Below the pieces are notes generated by a model that saw only the letters and a list, made by a program, of their open reading frames with translations, did no database searches and was not told where the DNA came from. The translations under genes and the position numbers were made by a program. Shown here piece after piece: positions 10,063 through 18,652 of a stretch of 64,000 nt of DNA. Location: contig CAWAPZ010000017.1 of assembly GCA_963784045.1 (NCBI GenBank), positions 67,816-131,815 of the forward strand, given 5' to 3'. Source of the stretch: Vicinamibacterales bacterium (lineage in GTDB: Bacteria; Acidobacteriota; Vicinamibacteria; Vicinamibacterales; JAMQPK01). How positions within the stretch are numbered: position 1 is the stretch's first letter; the number at the start of each line of letters is the position of its first letter.

Positions 10063-12728
10063 CGACGTCACCCGCAACGCCGGCCGCCGCCCCTGTTACG
10101 ACATCGCGCCTCGTGTTGCGCGACGGCTCGACGGCCGGCGTGCGGCCGGCGACGGCAGCCGATCGCGGTGCGCTGCGACGTTTTTTTGACGAGTTGTCGC
10201 CGGCGTCGCGGCGCCTTCGATTTCTCGCCACCGCCAATCTGTCGGACGAATTGCTGACGACATTCTGCGACAACGGCGATCCCCGCAAATCACTGACGCT
10301 CATCGTGTGCCGGCGAGCCGCCGATGGCACGCACATCATAGGCGTCGGTTCGTACTTTGCCGACTCGGAGGCGAGCGCAGAGGTGGCGTTTGCGGTCGGG
10401 GACGAATTTCATGGGCGCGGCATTGCCACTGCGCTGCTCGAACGTCTCGCTGTGTACGGAAGGGACCAGAACTTCGAATATTTCTCCGCCAGCGTACTAC
10501 CCGAAAACTACGAAATGCTCGACGTGTTCCAGGACTCCGGCTTCGACGTGCACTCGACCACCGAGTCCGGCACTGTCGAAGTGCGCTTGTCGCTGCAGCC
10601 GTCGAGCGCGAGCATCGCCGCCGCAGACGAGCGCGAGCGCCTGGCGACCATCGCCTCGCTGCTGGCCATTCTGAAGCCGCGCTCTGTCGCAGTCATCGGC
10701 GCGTCCCGCCAAGATTCCAATCTCGGCCGGCGTGTGTTCGAGTCGTTGCTCGCGTCCGGCTTCAAAGGACCGGTCTATGCCGTGAATCCGTCAGTGACGG
10801 AACTGCATGGCCAGCGCTGCTACGCCTCGCCACGAGATCTTCCAGCCGGCGTCGATCTCGCCGTCATCGCGGTTCCGCGCGAGGCGGTGCTCACGGCAGT
10901 AGACGACTGCGCGGCCGTCGGCGTGAAAGGGTTGGTCGTCATATCAGCAGGTTTCGCCGAAGCCGACGGGCGTGGCCGCGAACTGCAGGCCGAGCTCGTC
11001 GAGCGGGTGCGCGGTTACGGCATGCGCATGGTCGGACCCAACTGCATGGGGGTGCTCAACACCGACCCGACGATCGGGCTGAATGCCTCGTTCGCGGAGC
11101 GTCTGCCGCCCTCCGGGCGCATCGCGCTAGCTTCGCAGAGCGGGGGTCTCGGGCTCGCGGTGCTGAATCTCGCCGCCACAAGGCAAATTGGCCTGTCGAC
11201 ATTTGCGAGCCTCGGCAACAAGGCGGATATCTCCGGCAACGATATCCTTCAATATGCCGAGCACGACCCCTCGACGTCTGTCGTGCTGCTCTATCTCGAG
11301 TCGTTCGGAAATCCGCGGCGCTTCGGGCAACTCGCAAGGCGCGTGTCGCGCGTGAAGCCGATTGTGGTTGTCAAATCCGGCCGCACGGCTGCCGGGCTGC
11401 GCGCCGCCACAAGCCACACGGCCGGGCTCGCCGCGAGCGAGCTGGCAGTCGACGGTCTCTTTCAGCAGGCGGGCGTGATTCGTGCCGACACGATCGACGA
11501 GATGTTCGACGTGGCCGCATGCCTGGATTCGCAGCCCTTGCCACCGGGACGGCGCGTCGCAATCGTGACCAACGCTGGAGGCCCCGGCATCCTCGCGGCC
11601 GATGCGTGCGTCGGCGGAGGACTCGAGGTGCCACCGACGGCCGCGGGCATGGCCAATCCGATCGACCTCATTGCCTCGGCCGCCGCCAGCGCGTTCCAGG
11701 CGACAATCGCTGCCCTCCTTGCCGCAGATGATGTCGATGCCGTTCTCGCTATCTATACGACGATAGAGACCGCGCGCACTCCCGAAATACTCGATGCGAT
11801 CACGACGGGCGTCGTCGAAGGGCGGAAGGGAGGCTTCACGAACAAGCCGGTCGTCGTCTGCACCATGGCAGCGCCGATCACTGCCCAGCTGAACGCGGAC
11901 AGGGAGCTTGTGCCGGTATATGAGTTCCCGGAACAAGCTGCGAGGGCACTTGCAAAAGCCGCAGCGTATGCTCAGTGGCGTCGGGTCGCTCCTGGGTCGC
12001 TGGTATCGTTCGGCGACGCCCGGTTGCGCGAAGCGCGAGCGTTGTGCCGCGACATCGCCAGAACGCGCGGCAGTTCGTGGTTGACGCCGCAGGAACTGCA
12101 GCAGCTGCTTCACGCCGCCGATCTCCACATGGCGCCGTCGGTGACCGCGCGGTCTGCCGACGAAGCGGCAGCCCTGGCGCGCGTTTTCGGCTACCCCGTC
12201 GTCGCCAAGCTCGTGTCGCCCAAAACGGTCCACAAGACCGAAGTCGGTGGTGTCCGGCTGCATCTCGGCAACGAGTACGCGGTGCGCACGGCGTACGCCG
12301 AACTGTGCGCCGTCGGAGCTGCGGAGCTCGGCAGCGACATCGAAGGCGTGCTCATTCAGCCAATGGTGACCACCGCAACCGAAACGCTCATCGGCCTCAC
12401 GCAAGACTCGATGTTCGGGCCGCTGGTGGCGTTCGGCATCGGCGGTACGCACGTCGAACTATTCCGGGACGTTGCGTTCCGTATCGCTCCGCTGACCGAT
12501 CGGGACGCGGACGAGATGATCCGTGGCGTGCGCGGTTCTCCGCTGCTGCAGGGGTATCGGAACCAACCCCCCGCCGACGTCGACGCGCTGCGGGATGTGC
12601 TGTTGAAGGTATCGAGCCTGGGTGCGTATATTCCGGAGCTGGCTGAGCTCGAGTTCAACCCGGTTATGGCGATGCCCGCAGGTCAGGGGTGCCAGATTGT
12701 GGACGCCAGAGCTAGGCTTCGGAATTGA
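10059..12728 (+). CDS. Pat-like protein acetyltransferase: N-terminal GNAT fused to an NDP-forming acyl-CoA synthetase module (CoA-binding, ligase-CoA and ATP-grasp domains)
   Basis: GNAT block LRDGSTAGVRPATAADRGALRRFFDELSPASRRLRF...HGRGIATALLERL. Then KPRSVAVIGASR, MVGPNCMGV, SQSGG, and a C-terminal ATP-grasp (GYPVVAKLVSPKTVHKTEVGGVRL). The start is uncertain: TTG 10059 overlaps the USP stop (TTGA), and GTG near 10113 is the alternative. Confidence 0.8.
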   Translation: MTTSPATPAAAPVTTSRLVLRDGSTAGVRPATAADRGALRRFFDELSPASRRLRFLATANLSDELLTTFCDNGDPRKSLTLIVCRRAADGTHIIGVGSYFADSEASAEVAFAVGDEFHGRGIATALLERLAVYGRDQNFEYFSASVLPENYEMLDVFQDSGFDVHSTTESGTVEVRLSLQPSSASIAAADERERLATIASLLAILKPRSVAVIGASRQDSNLGRRVFESLLASGFKGPVYAVNPSVTELHGQRCYASPRDLPAGVDLAVIAVPREAVLTAVDDCAAVGVKGLVVISAGFAEADGRGRELQAELVERVRGYGMRMVGPNCMGVLNTDPTIGLNASFAERLPPSGRIALASQSGGLGLAVLNLAATRQIGLSTFASLGNKADISGNDILQYAEHDPSTSVVLLYLESFGNPRRFGQLARRVSRVKPIVVVKSGRTAAGLRAATSHTAGLAASELAVDGLFQQAGVIRADTIDEMFDVAACLDSQPLPPGRRVAIVTNAGGPGILAADACVGGGLEVPPTAAGMANPIDLIASAAASAFQATIAALLAADDVDAVLAIYTTIETARTPEILDAITTGVVEGRKGGFTNKPVVVCTMAAPITAQLNADRELVPVYEFPEQAARALAKAAAYAQWRRVAPGSLVSFGDARLREARALCRDIARTRGSSWLTPQELQQLLHAADLHMAPSVTARSADEAAALARVFGYPVVAKLVSPKTVHKTEVGGVRLHLGNEYAVRTAYAELCAVGAAELGSDIEGVLIQPMVTTATETLIGLTQDSMFGPLVAFGIGGTHVELFRDVAFRIAPLTDRDADEMIRGVRGSPLLQGYRNQPPADVDALRDVLLKVSSLGAYIPELAELEFNPVMAMPAGQGCQIVDARARLRN

Positions 12729-12730
12729 TC

Positions 12731-12761
12731 TAGATTGGAAGATTGGTGGATTGGTAGATTC
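12731..12761 (+). repeat. ATTGGNRG 8-nt tandem array, starting 3 nt after the Pat-like stop codon
   Basis: tag ATTGGAAG ATTGGTGG ATTGGTAG ATTC. AT-richer than the surrounding sequence. Same unit as the array at 31996..32045. Confidence 0.7.
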
Positions 12762-12905
12762 AAACACAGTCAGACGCAATTCCGGAGCTGGCTGGCCGCT
12801 GCCACCGGCGACGACGGCGAATGCCAGGCCGATCAAGAGCCACAGAACCCCCATCAGTCGAATGCTGATGGGAGGGGTGCAGTCCAGAGTCGATAGTCGA
12901 AGTGT

Positions 12906-12942
12906 CGGTTGGCAGCCGGTCACAAGGACCGACTACCAACCG
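12906..12942. terminator. Hairpin between convergent genes, built from GGTTGG/CCAACC arms
   Basis: CGGTTGG-cagc-CGGTC-acaag-GACCG-acta-CCAACCG. On the minus strand it reads GGTTGGTAG just downstream of the multicopper oxidase stop. Confidence 0.45.
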
Positions 12943-12954
12943 GCCAAGGGGGCG

Positions 12955-14385
12955 CTAGTGTGAATGTGAGTGCTCGCCGTGTTTGCCGGCAACATCGCCG
13001 ACGTCGACAGTGCTCATCAAGCCGGCTTCCGCATGATCGAGGATGTGGCAGTGGAACATCCACGAACCCGGTCGATCGAACTTGACGAGAAACCGTTTGG
13101 TCCCATCCACCGCAACGTGAATCGTGTCCTTCCAGGCGCGCGGACTCACAGGCACGCCCTTCTCATCCACTTCCTGAAAGAAGAACCCGTGCAGGTGAAT
13201 GGGATGTGCCCAGATAGCTTTGTTGGTGATGGTCCACAGCTGCGTCTCGCCGACCTCGGCCCGAAGGGATGACTTCCGCCAGAATGGCCCGCCCTCGAGC
13301 GCAAATCCTGTGAGGCCTTGTTCCTTTATCATCACCAGGTCGAGTTTGATCGGCGTCGCGCCCGCCGCTGACATTGGCGGAATATCGCGCGTCACCTTCG
13401 GCAGTTCCGCCGTGGCTACGGCCGGCAGGTCCGCGGGTTCGAAGACGAGGAGGTCTTCCGCCGATCGGAATTCAGTGCTGCCGAACCCGCGATTGAAAGG
13501 GGTGCTGATTAACGTGAGGCTTTTCCCGTCGAGCTTCGGCGCGACGAGCACATCGGCACGCTCTCCCGGTCCGAGGACGATCGTGAACTTCTTCTGGGAG
13601 TACTCCATAAGCCCGCCGTCCACGCCAATGAGCTCGAACGGCTGGCCATCGCCGAGCACGAGCTCGAAATAGCGGCTCTTCGCGGTATTGACGATGCGCC
13701 ATCGTTGCAATGCGCCGTCCCGAATGGTCAACGTCGGGCGAACCTTGCCGTTGACGAGCACATGGCTGCCCTCCCGGCCGAGCAACGCGCCGAGTATGCC
13801 GCCGCTGTCGGCGGACTGCATCGCGCCGTCGTCGTTGAGTGCGATGTCACTGAGCACCAGTACAAGCTCGTCGGGACTCTTGACAGGGTCGTCCGGATCA
13901 TCCACCAGCAGCGGACCGTAGAGACCATATCCGACCTGCGCGGCCGACATAACGTGCGGGTGATACCAGAACAGTCCAGCGTCGGGCACGATGAAGTCAT
14001 AGGTGAACGACCCGCCTGGCTCGACCGGCGCTTGTGATGCGCCCGGCACGCCGTCCATCTCGATCGGCACCTGCACGCCGTGCCAGTGGACGGTCGACGA
14101 CTCGGGAAGCCGGTTGGTGAAATGCACGATGACGCGGTCGCCACGTCGCGCGTGAATCAGCGGCCCGGGAAGCCCGCCGTTGTATGTCCAGACGTCTGTC
14201 CGCAGACCTGGCGCTATCTCGAGTGGCGCGACGCGCGCCTCGAGCGCGATTTCCACGATTGCCGGATCCGGATTGGTATCGACGGCCTCCGGGAGCTTCA
14301 CGTTTTTGTCCCAGCCGGCGGGCTGGAGCGTCTGCGCGTCAGCAGCGGCAGCAACCAGTACGAGAGCGCTAATCAGCAGTTTCAT
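12955..14385 (-). CDS. Multicopper oxidase (three-domain, CueO/CotA-like)
   Basis: Signal peptide. Copper motifs HWHG, HPH, HPIHLHG and HCHILDHAEAGLM. His-rich C-terminus GKHGEHSHSH. Confidence 0.85.
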   Translation of the reverse strand: MKLLISALVLVAAAADAQTLQPAGWDKNVKLPEAVDTNPDPAIVEIALEARVAPLEIAPGLRTDVWTYNGGLPGPLIHARRGDRVIVHFTNRLPESSTVHWHGVQVPIEMDGVPGASQAPVEPGGSFTYDFIVPDAGLFWYHPHVMSAAQVGYGLYGPLLVDDPDDPVKSPDELVLVLSDIALNDDGAMQSADSGGILGALLGREGSHVLVNGKVRPTLTIRDGALQRWRIVNTAKSRYFELVLGDGQPFELIGVDGGLMEYSQKKFTIVLGPGERADVLVAPKLDGKSLTLISTPFNRGFGSTEFRSAEDLLVFEPADLPAVATAELPKVTRDIPPMSAAGATPIKLDLVMIKEQGLTGFALEGGPFWRKSSLRAEVGETQLWTITNKAIWAHPIHLHGFFFQEVDEKGVPVSPRAWKDTIHVAVDGTKRFLVKFDRPGSWMFHCHILDHAEAGLMSTVDVGDVAGKHGEHSHSH

Positions 14386-14397
14386 GAATCCTCTATT

Positions 14398-15333
14398 TTA
14401 ACCTACGCGCTTCCATGATTGAAGTATTTGCAGATACTCCCGCCGCTCGGCCACGCGCCGATTCGGTGAGTGACCAAGGCCCATGCTGTCGCGGATCTGA
14501 TCGATCGACTCGTACCCGTGCTCATCGCCCCAGCGGGCGACCCCGTCACGCACGGCGGTCAGCTGCTCCACACCGTTTTGCAAGAGCGCAGAGACCATTT
14601 GCACGACGTCCGCACCGGCCATGATCGCTTTGACGGCGTGGATCGGGTGATGCACGCCGCCGGTAACTGCCAGCGATCCGCCATATGTCGGTGACAAAAT
14701 CGCCAGCCAGCGAAGCCGCAGCAGTAGCTCATCGGGCGTCGACAAATGCAGTAACGGCACTGTCGCGAGCTCGTCTGGATCGATGTCTGCCTGATAAAAA
14801 CGGTTGAACAGAACGATACCCTCCGCACCAATCGCCTCCAGACGCATGGCAAGATGGGGCAGCGACGAGTGGAAGGGCGAGAGCTTCACGGCAAGAGGGA
14901 TCGAGATTGATTCCTTCACGACGGCGACGATGTCGAGCAGGCGGCCTTCGACCGACGCCGCGTTTTCGGCGGGATCCGTAGCGAGGTGATAGAAATTGAG
15001 CTCGACCGCGTCAGCGCCTGCCCTCTGTAACAGCCGCGCGTACTTCAGCCATCCCTCCGTCGTCGTGCCGTTAATCGACGCGATGACCGGTATCGCCACA
15101 CGCGCTTTGATTCGCCGGAGCTGCTCCAGGTAGGAGTCCGGGCCGAACGTAAATCCCGAGGCCCCGAAGCGTTCCTGAAGGATCTGCTCCTCGAAGAGCG
15201 AGCGCATGACAATTGCGGATGCACCGGCATCCTCGAGTCGCCGAACCGAGTCGAGCGTGTCGGCAAGCGGAGAGGCGCCGGGCATGAAAGGGTGCTCGAG
15301 CTCGAGTCCCAGATAGCGTGTTGTGAGCTTCAT
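14398..15333 (-). CDS. Dihydroorotate dehydrogenase-like flavoprotein (class 1 DHOD fold)
   Basis: MKLTTRYLGLELEHPFMPGASPL...AVELNFYH...TGGVHHPIHAVKAIMAGADVVQM, a TIM-barrel FMN protein pattern. Confidence 0.65.
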   Translation of the reverse strand: MKLTTRYLGLELEHPFMPGASPLADTLDSVRRLEDAGASAIVMRSLFEEQILQERFGASGFTFGPDSYLEQLRRIKARVAIPVIASINGTTTEGWLKYARLLQRAGADAVELNFYHLATDPAENAASVEGRLLDIVAVVKESISIPLAVKLSPFHSSLPHLAMRLEAIGAEGIVLFNRFYQADIDPDELATVPLLHLSTPDELLLRLRWLAILSPTYGGSLAVTGGVHHPIHAVKAIMAGADVVQMVSALLQNGVEQLTAVRDGVARWGDEHGYESIDQIRDSMGLGHSPNRRVAERREYLQILQSWKRVG

Positions 15334-15556
15334 TGTGGTTCGGAATTTAATGCGCCAGCGCTTCGACGGCGTGCGACCGCGGGTGCGTCAGCGCCCTCCT
15401 TTGTGCCTTCGGCACGCGGTGACTGATGGCAACGGTCGTGCCGGGTCCGGCCCGTCGAATTTCCGTCTAAAACCCTGCGGAAAAACCGATTACGGAGACA
15501 CTGCCGGCCGGCAGCGTGGGAATTTTTCCGCAGGTAAGCGAGAAAACTCCCGCTCT

Positions 15557-16237
15557 CTAGAGATCGGCTGTGATGCGGGAGAGAACGCCAGCCACGACAC
15601 GGTCGCAACGTGGCCTGTAGAAGCGGAAGACTTCCAACGCCGAGGAGCCGCTCCGCGCGATGAGGTCGTGGCGAATGGCGGCGCGCGCGCGAGACAACCG
15701 TGTCTTGACCACGTCTTCGGACACGTCCAACGCGGCTGCTACTTCGGCGGTGCTCATGCCTTCGACGTCGCGTAGTACGAACACTTCGCGCGCGCCGTCC
15801 GCGAGCCGATCGATCGCCGTCTCGAGCACCACGCGCAACTCACCGGCTGCGGCCTGCCGCTCTGGGTCTGGGAGTGCCGCGTCACTCATGCTCGACTCCA
15901 TGTCCATGGTGTCATCGTCGACAGACTGATAGTTTCGCTTGCGGCGTACGCGCGCCAGGGCCTCGTTGATCGCAATTCGTGTCAACCATGTCGAGAATTG
16001 CGCGCGCCCGTGGAACTGACGCAGGTGGGCGTACGCATTCACGTACGCCTGTTGCATCACGTCTTCCGCTTCCGTGTCATCCCTGAGAATGGCGCGCGCC
16101 GCTCGATAGATGCGCTCGTTATGACGGCGCATCAGTATTTCGAACAGCGCCGTATGTCCCTCGAGCACGCTGGCGACAACCTCTTCGTCGGTCAGCTTGC
16201 CCCATCGCTCGAGAATGGGCGCATTCACGATATGCAT
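15557..16237 (-). CDS. ECF-type sigma-70 family factor with a C-terminal extension of about 40 aa
   Basis: Region 2 (DVMQQAYVNAYAHLRQF...FSTWLTRIAINEA) and region 4 (MSTAEVAAALDVSEDVVKTRLSRAR), followed by ...SALEVFRFYRPRCDRVVAGVLSRITADL. Confidence 0.8.
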   Translation of the reverse strand: MHIVNAPILERWGKLTDEEVVASVLEGHTALFEILMRRHNERIYRAARAILRDDTEAEDVMQQAYVNAYAHLRQFHGRAQFSTWLTRIAINEALARVRRKRNYQSVDDDTMDMESSMSDAALPDPERQAAAGELRVVLETAIDRLADGAREVFVLRDVEGMSTAEVAAALDVSEDVVKTRLSRARAAIRHDLIARSGSSALEVFRFYRPRCDRVVAGVLSRITADL

Positions 16238-16264
16238 CGGGCGTCTCCCATTCTATAGAGTCGC

Positions 16265-16287
16265 GAACGTACAAAAGGTGACACGTC
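16265..16287 (+). promoter_or_regulatory. Candidate ECF-type promoter (GAAC-N15-CGTC) facing the dihaem gene; overlaps palindrome GTGAC-AC-GTCAC
   Basis: gcGAACgtacaaaaggtgacaCGTCac lies in the divergent intergenic region, about 65 nt upstream of ATG 16352. The spacing is 1-2 nt shorter than typical ECF promoters. Confidence 0.3.
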
Positions 16288-16351
16288 ACGTATTCAGGGT
16301 CAGCTCACTCTAATCAGAAGAAGGAATCGAGGAAATTTGAAGGAGAGTGAG

Positions 16352-17584
16352 ATGAAACGTATCAGCATACGAACGATCGGTGGACTTCTCGTCGTGTTCG
16401 TACTCTTTCTGACATACGCCCTATCTCAATTCCCTCCACGAGCGACAGCGCAGCCCATGGACGGCAAGGCGATTTTCCGCTTCGACACGTTCGGTGACGA
16501 ACAACTCTGGACGGATTTCCTTCGCATGCACGAGGCCATCGACGATGTCGATCCGAAGACGGCACTTTCCGTAGGGCTCAAGGTCGACGTCGAGGCGCTG
16601 CCTTCGGAACTCATCGCCGCGTTAAGAGCGAAAGACGTGGATTTGTCGAGTCCGGCGGTGACGATCGAGCTGCTTCGGCTCAACGCCATTGTCGGCGTCA
16701 AAGGGAACGTCAACAGCGCCGGTCGGCTCACCAGCATTGGAATCACCTGCGCGTTATGCCATTCGTCGGTCGATGATTCTTTGATGCCTGGAATCGGCAA
16801 GCGCCTCGACGGATGGGCGAATACCGATTTGAACGTCGGCGCTATCGTCGCGCTGTCTCCGGCGCCGGAGATTGACGACGCGCTCAAGGCCGAGTTGAAT
16901 ACCTGGGGCCCCGGTAAATACGATCCGCGACACCATGCGTTCGATGGCACCGACCTCCGAATATTGCATAAGGGATCAAAATCACTTCCCGTCGTGATTC
17001 CGCCCATCTATGGGCTGAAACACGTCGGTTTCGAAACATATACGGGCGACGGACCGATCTCGTACTGGAACAGTTACGTCGGGGTATCGCAAATGGGCGG
17101 GCAAGGCAACTTCAACGACGACCGTATCGACCTGTTCATCGAGCAATCGCCGGACCTGGTCACACCGAAGCTGGGAGCCTTGTTCGACTATCAAGTGGGA
17201 TTGCACACTCCCAAACCTCCCGAAGGCAGCTTCAATCGGCAGGCTGCGAACCGCGGCCGGCAACTGTTCCAAAAACAGGCTCGATGCGCCTCCTGCCACT
17301 CGGATGCGACGACGTACACCGATGTCTTGAGCAGTCCCCACGCCACCGTGCCGGTTCTCCACGAGCCGACCGAGATCGGAACTGAACCGGTGTATGCCAC
17401 CCGGAGCGCCACAGGAAAATATCGGGCGACTCCGCTTCGCGCCCTCTGGCAGCATGCACCCTACTTCCACGACGGGAGCGCCGCCGATCTGTCGGCCGTT
17501 GTCGAGCACTACAACACGCAGTTCAAGCTGAACTTGACCCCTGCGCAGAAAGCCGACCTTGTCGAGTTCTTGAAGACGCTGTAG
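16352..17584 (+). CDS. Secreted dihaem c-type cytochrome-like protein, function unknown
   Basis: AAGGAG Shine-Dalgarno before ATG 16352. Signal/anchor helix. Two CXXCH motifs (CALCH, CASCH). C-terminal block PLRALWQHAPYFHDGSAADL resembles dihaem peroxidase-like families. Confidence 0.65.
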   Translation: MKRISIRTIGGLLVVFVLFLTYALSQFPPRATAQPMDGKAIFRFDTFGDEQLWTDFLRMHEAIDDVDPKTALSVGLKVDVEALPSELIAALRAKDVDLSSPAVTIELLRLNAIVGVKGNVNSAGRLTSIGITCALCHSSVDDSLMPGIGKRLDGWANTDLNVGAIVALSPAPEIDDALKAELNTWGPGKYDPRHHAFDGTDLRILHKGSKSLPVVIPPIYGLKHVGFETYTGDGPISYWNSYVGVSQMGGQGNFNDDRIDLFIEQSPDLVTPKLGALFDYQVGLHTPKPPEGSFNRQAANRGRQLFQKQARCASCHSDATTYTDVLSSPHATVPVLHEPTEIGTEPVYATRSATGKYRATPLRALWQHAPYFHDGSAADLSAVVEHYNTQFKLNLTPAQKADLVEFLKTL

Positions 17585-17652
17585 TTGGTGGGTGGTTAGT
17601 GGTTAGTGGTTGGTAGTAAGAACTTCGACTGACTAACCACCAACCACTGACC
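17585..17652 (+). repeat. GGTTRGT short-period array plus an inverted arm, starting directly after the stop codon
   Basis: tag TTGGTGGGTGGTTAGTGGTTAGTGGTTGGTAGTAAG ...24-nt loop... TAACCACCAACCACTGACC. AGTGGTTGGT (17605..17614) pairs with ACCAACCACT (17639..17648). Confidence 0.7.
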
Positions 17653-17808
17653 GCTAGCACTCATAAGGAGCTTGTTGACCGCATGGATTCATTCCATGGC
17701 AGATCTCGTTCCAATCAGTTTGCGGGTATTTTCATGCATGAGGGCCTAGACTTCGCAGCATCTGCGCTGTTATGAGTCGAGAGCGCGCGAAGATTTCGCA
17801 GCAGGCTG

Positions 17809-17852
17809 CCAACCGCGACCACTAACCACACCACTACCAACCACCAATCAGC
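17809..17852 (-). repeat. GGTTRGT/GGTTGGTAG array directly after the ZIP transporter stop codon
   Basis: Minus strand reads tag GCTGATTGGTGGTTGGTAGTGGTGTGGTTAGTGGTCGCGGTTGG. Confidence 0.7.
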
Positions 17853-18596
17853 CTACAGCCCAATAGCGGCAATGAACCCCAACATGCCGACGAGGCCGAT
17901 GGTCACGCCCCATGCAGTCTCGGTGGGAGACGAATGCGCGAAGCTCTCGGGCAGGAGCTCTTGCACGACCAGGAAGATCATGGCGCCGCCGGCGAATCCG
18001 AGGCTTGCCGGCAGCAGCGGCTGAAAAACCGACACGAGGAGAAATGCGGGCACGGCGACGATGGGCTGCGGCAGGCTCGTGAGGATCGAGTAGTAGACGC
18101 AGCGCCAGACCGACGCGCCGTTGGCGCGCAACGGGAGCGAAACGGCTGTGCCTTCAGGAATGTTGTGAACTGCAATGGCGACGGCGAGCAACCAGCCGAA
18201 CTTGATTTCGCCGGTGGCGTAGCCGACGCCAATCGCCGCTCCTTCAGGGATGCTATGAATGAACAACGTCAGCAGCAGCAACATCGCCTGCCGCGAACTC
18301 CGTTGATTCAGGCCATGGATGGTCCAGCCGCGCTCCTCGATAATCCGCGACGTATAAGAGAAGAACAGCGCGCCGGCGAGCATGCCGCCTACCACCTGGG
18401 TGGCGCCGCCGCGGCCGAGCGCTTCATCGGCAAGCGCGAACACGGACGCCGACAGCATCATGCCGCTCGCGGTCGCAGCCGCGATGCCGCGCCATCGCGG
18501 CTCGCTGTTCTTGAGGAACAGGAGGGGCAGCGCGCCAAGCCCTGTCGCCAGGGCCGTGAACAGCGCTACCCAGAAGACTTGTGCTGTGCTGATCAA
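17853..18596 (-). CDS. ZIP-family divalent metal transporter (ZupT-like)
   Basis: 247 aa, multi-TM, with conserved HSIPEGAAIG and HNIPEGTAV motifs. Confidence 0.85.
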   Translation of the reverse strand: MISTAQVFWVALFTALATGLGALPLLFLKNSEPRWRGIAAATASGMMLSASVFALADEALGRGGATQVVGGMLAGALFFSYTSRIIEERGWTIHGLNQRSSRQAMLLLLTLFIHSIPEGAAIGVGYATGEIKFGWLLAVAIAVHNIPEGTAVSLPLRANGASVWRCVYYSILTSLPQPIVAVPAFLLVSVFQPLLPASLGFAGGAMIFLVVQELLPESFAHSSPTETAWGVTIGLVGMLGFIAAIGL

Positions 18597-18614
18597 GTGA
18601 ATTGGTCAGAGTGT

Positions 18615-18652
18615 CGATTGGCGGGGGGAAGAAAGAGTCACGCTGCCAATCG
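18615..18652. promoter_or_regulatory. Perfect 8-bp inverted repeat in the ZIP-gene leader
   Basis: CGATTGGC-N22-GCCAATCG lies 19-56 nt upstream of the ZIP start (18596). Function unknown; it could be a leader hairpin or an operator. Confidence 0.3.

Noticed and set aside
8170-10077. 635-aa ORF on the minus strand in the six-frame track
   Set aside because: It is a composite. The last 198 aa are a real SRPBCC gene. The middle is the N-terminal half of a frameshifted paralog read through in the wrong frame. The first 240 aa or so are antisense to the well-supported universal stress protein gene (9562..10062) and have Arg/Gly/Pro-rich shadow composition.
10307-12646. Long ORFs overlapping the Pat-like gene (10307..11731 +, 11127..12452 -, 11975..12646 +)
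   Set aside because: They are Arg-rich off-frame or antisense translations. The 9978..12728 frame carries coherent GNAT, CoA-binding and ATP-grasp motifs.
12731-12761. Whether the short tandem arrays (ATTGGTRG, GGTTRGT, CACGAAGA) could be CRISPR arrays
   Set aside because: The units are 7-8 nt with no spacers, each array is under 60 nt, and no cas genes are in the window. They are simple short-period repeats, not CRISPR.
12459-12923. 154-aa minus-strand ORF beginning in the Pat / multicopper-oxidase intergenic region with a hydrophobic stretch (MGVLWLLIGLAFAVVAGG)
   Set aside because: It reads through the ATTGG repeat array and then runs antisense into the Pat-like gene. It has no Shine-Dalgarno and no family resemblance.
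17682-17777. 31-codon ORF (MDSFHGRSRSNQFAGIFMHEGLDFAASALL) with an upstream AAGGAG
   Set aside because: It is too short and featureless to support as a gene, and the Shine-Dalgarno spacing is long (12 nt). It is mentioned only as context for the spacer finding.
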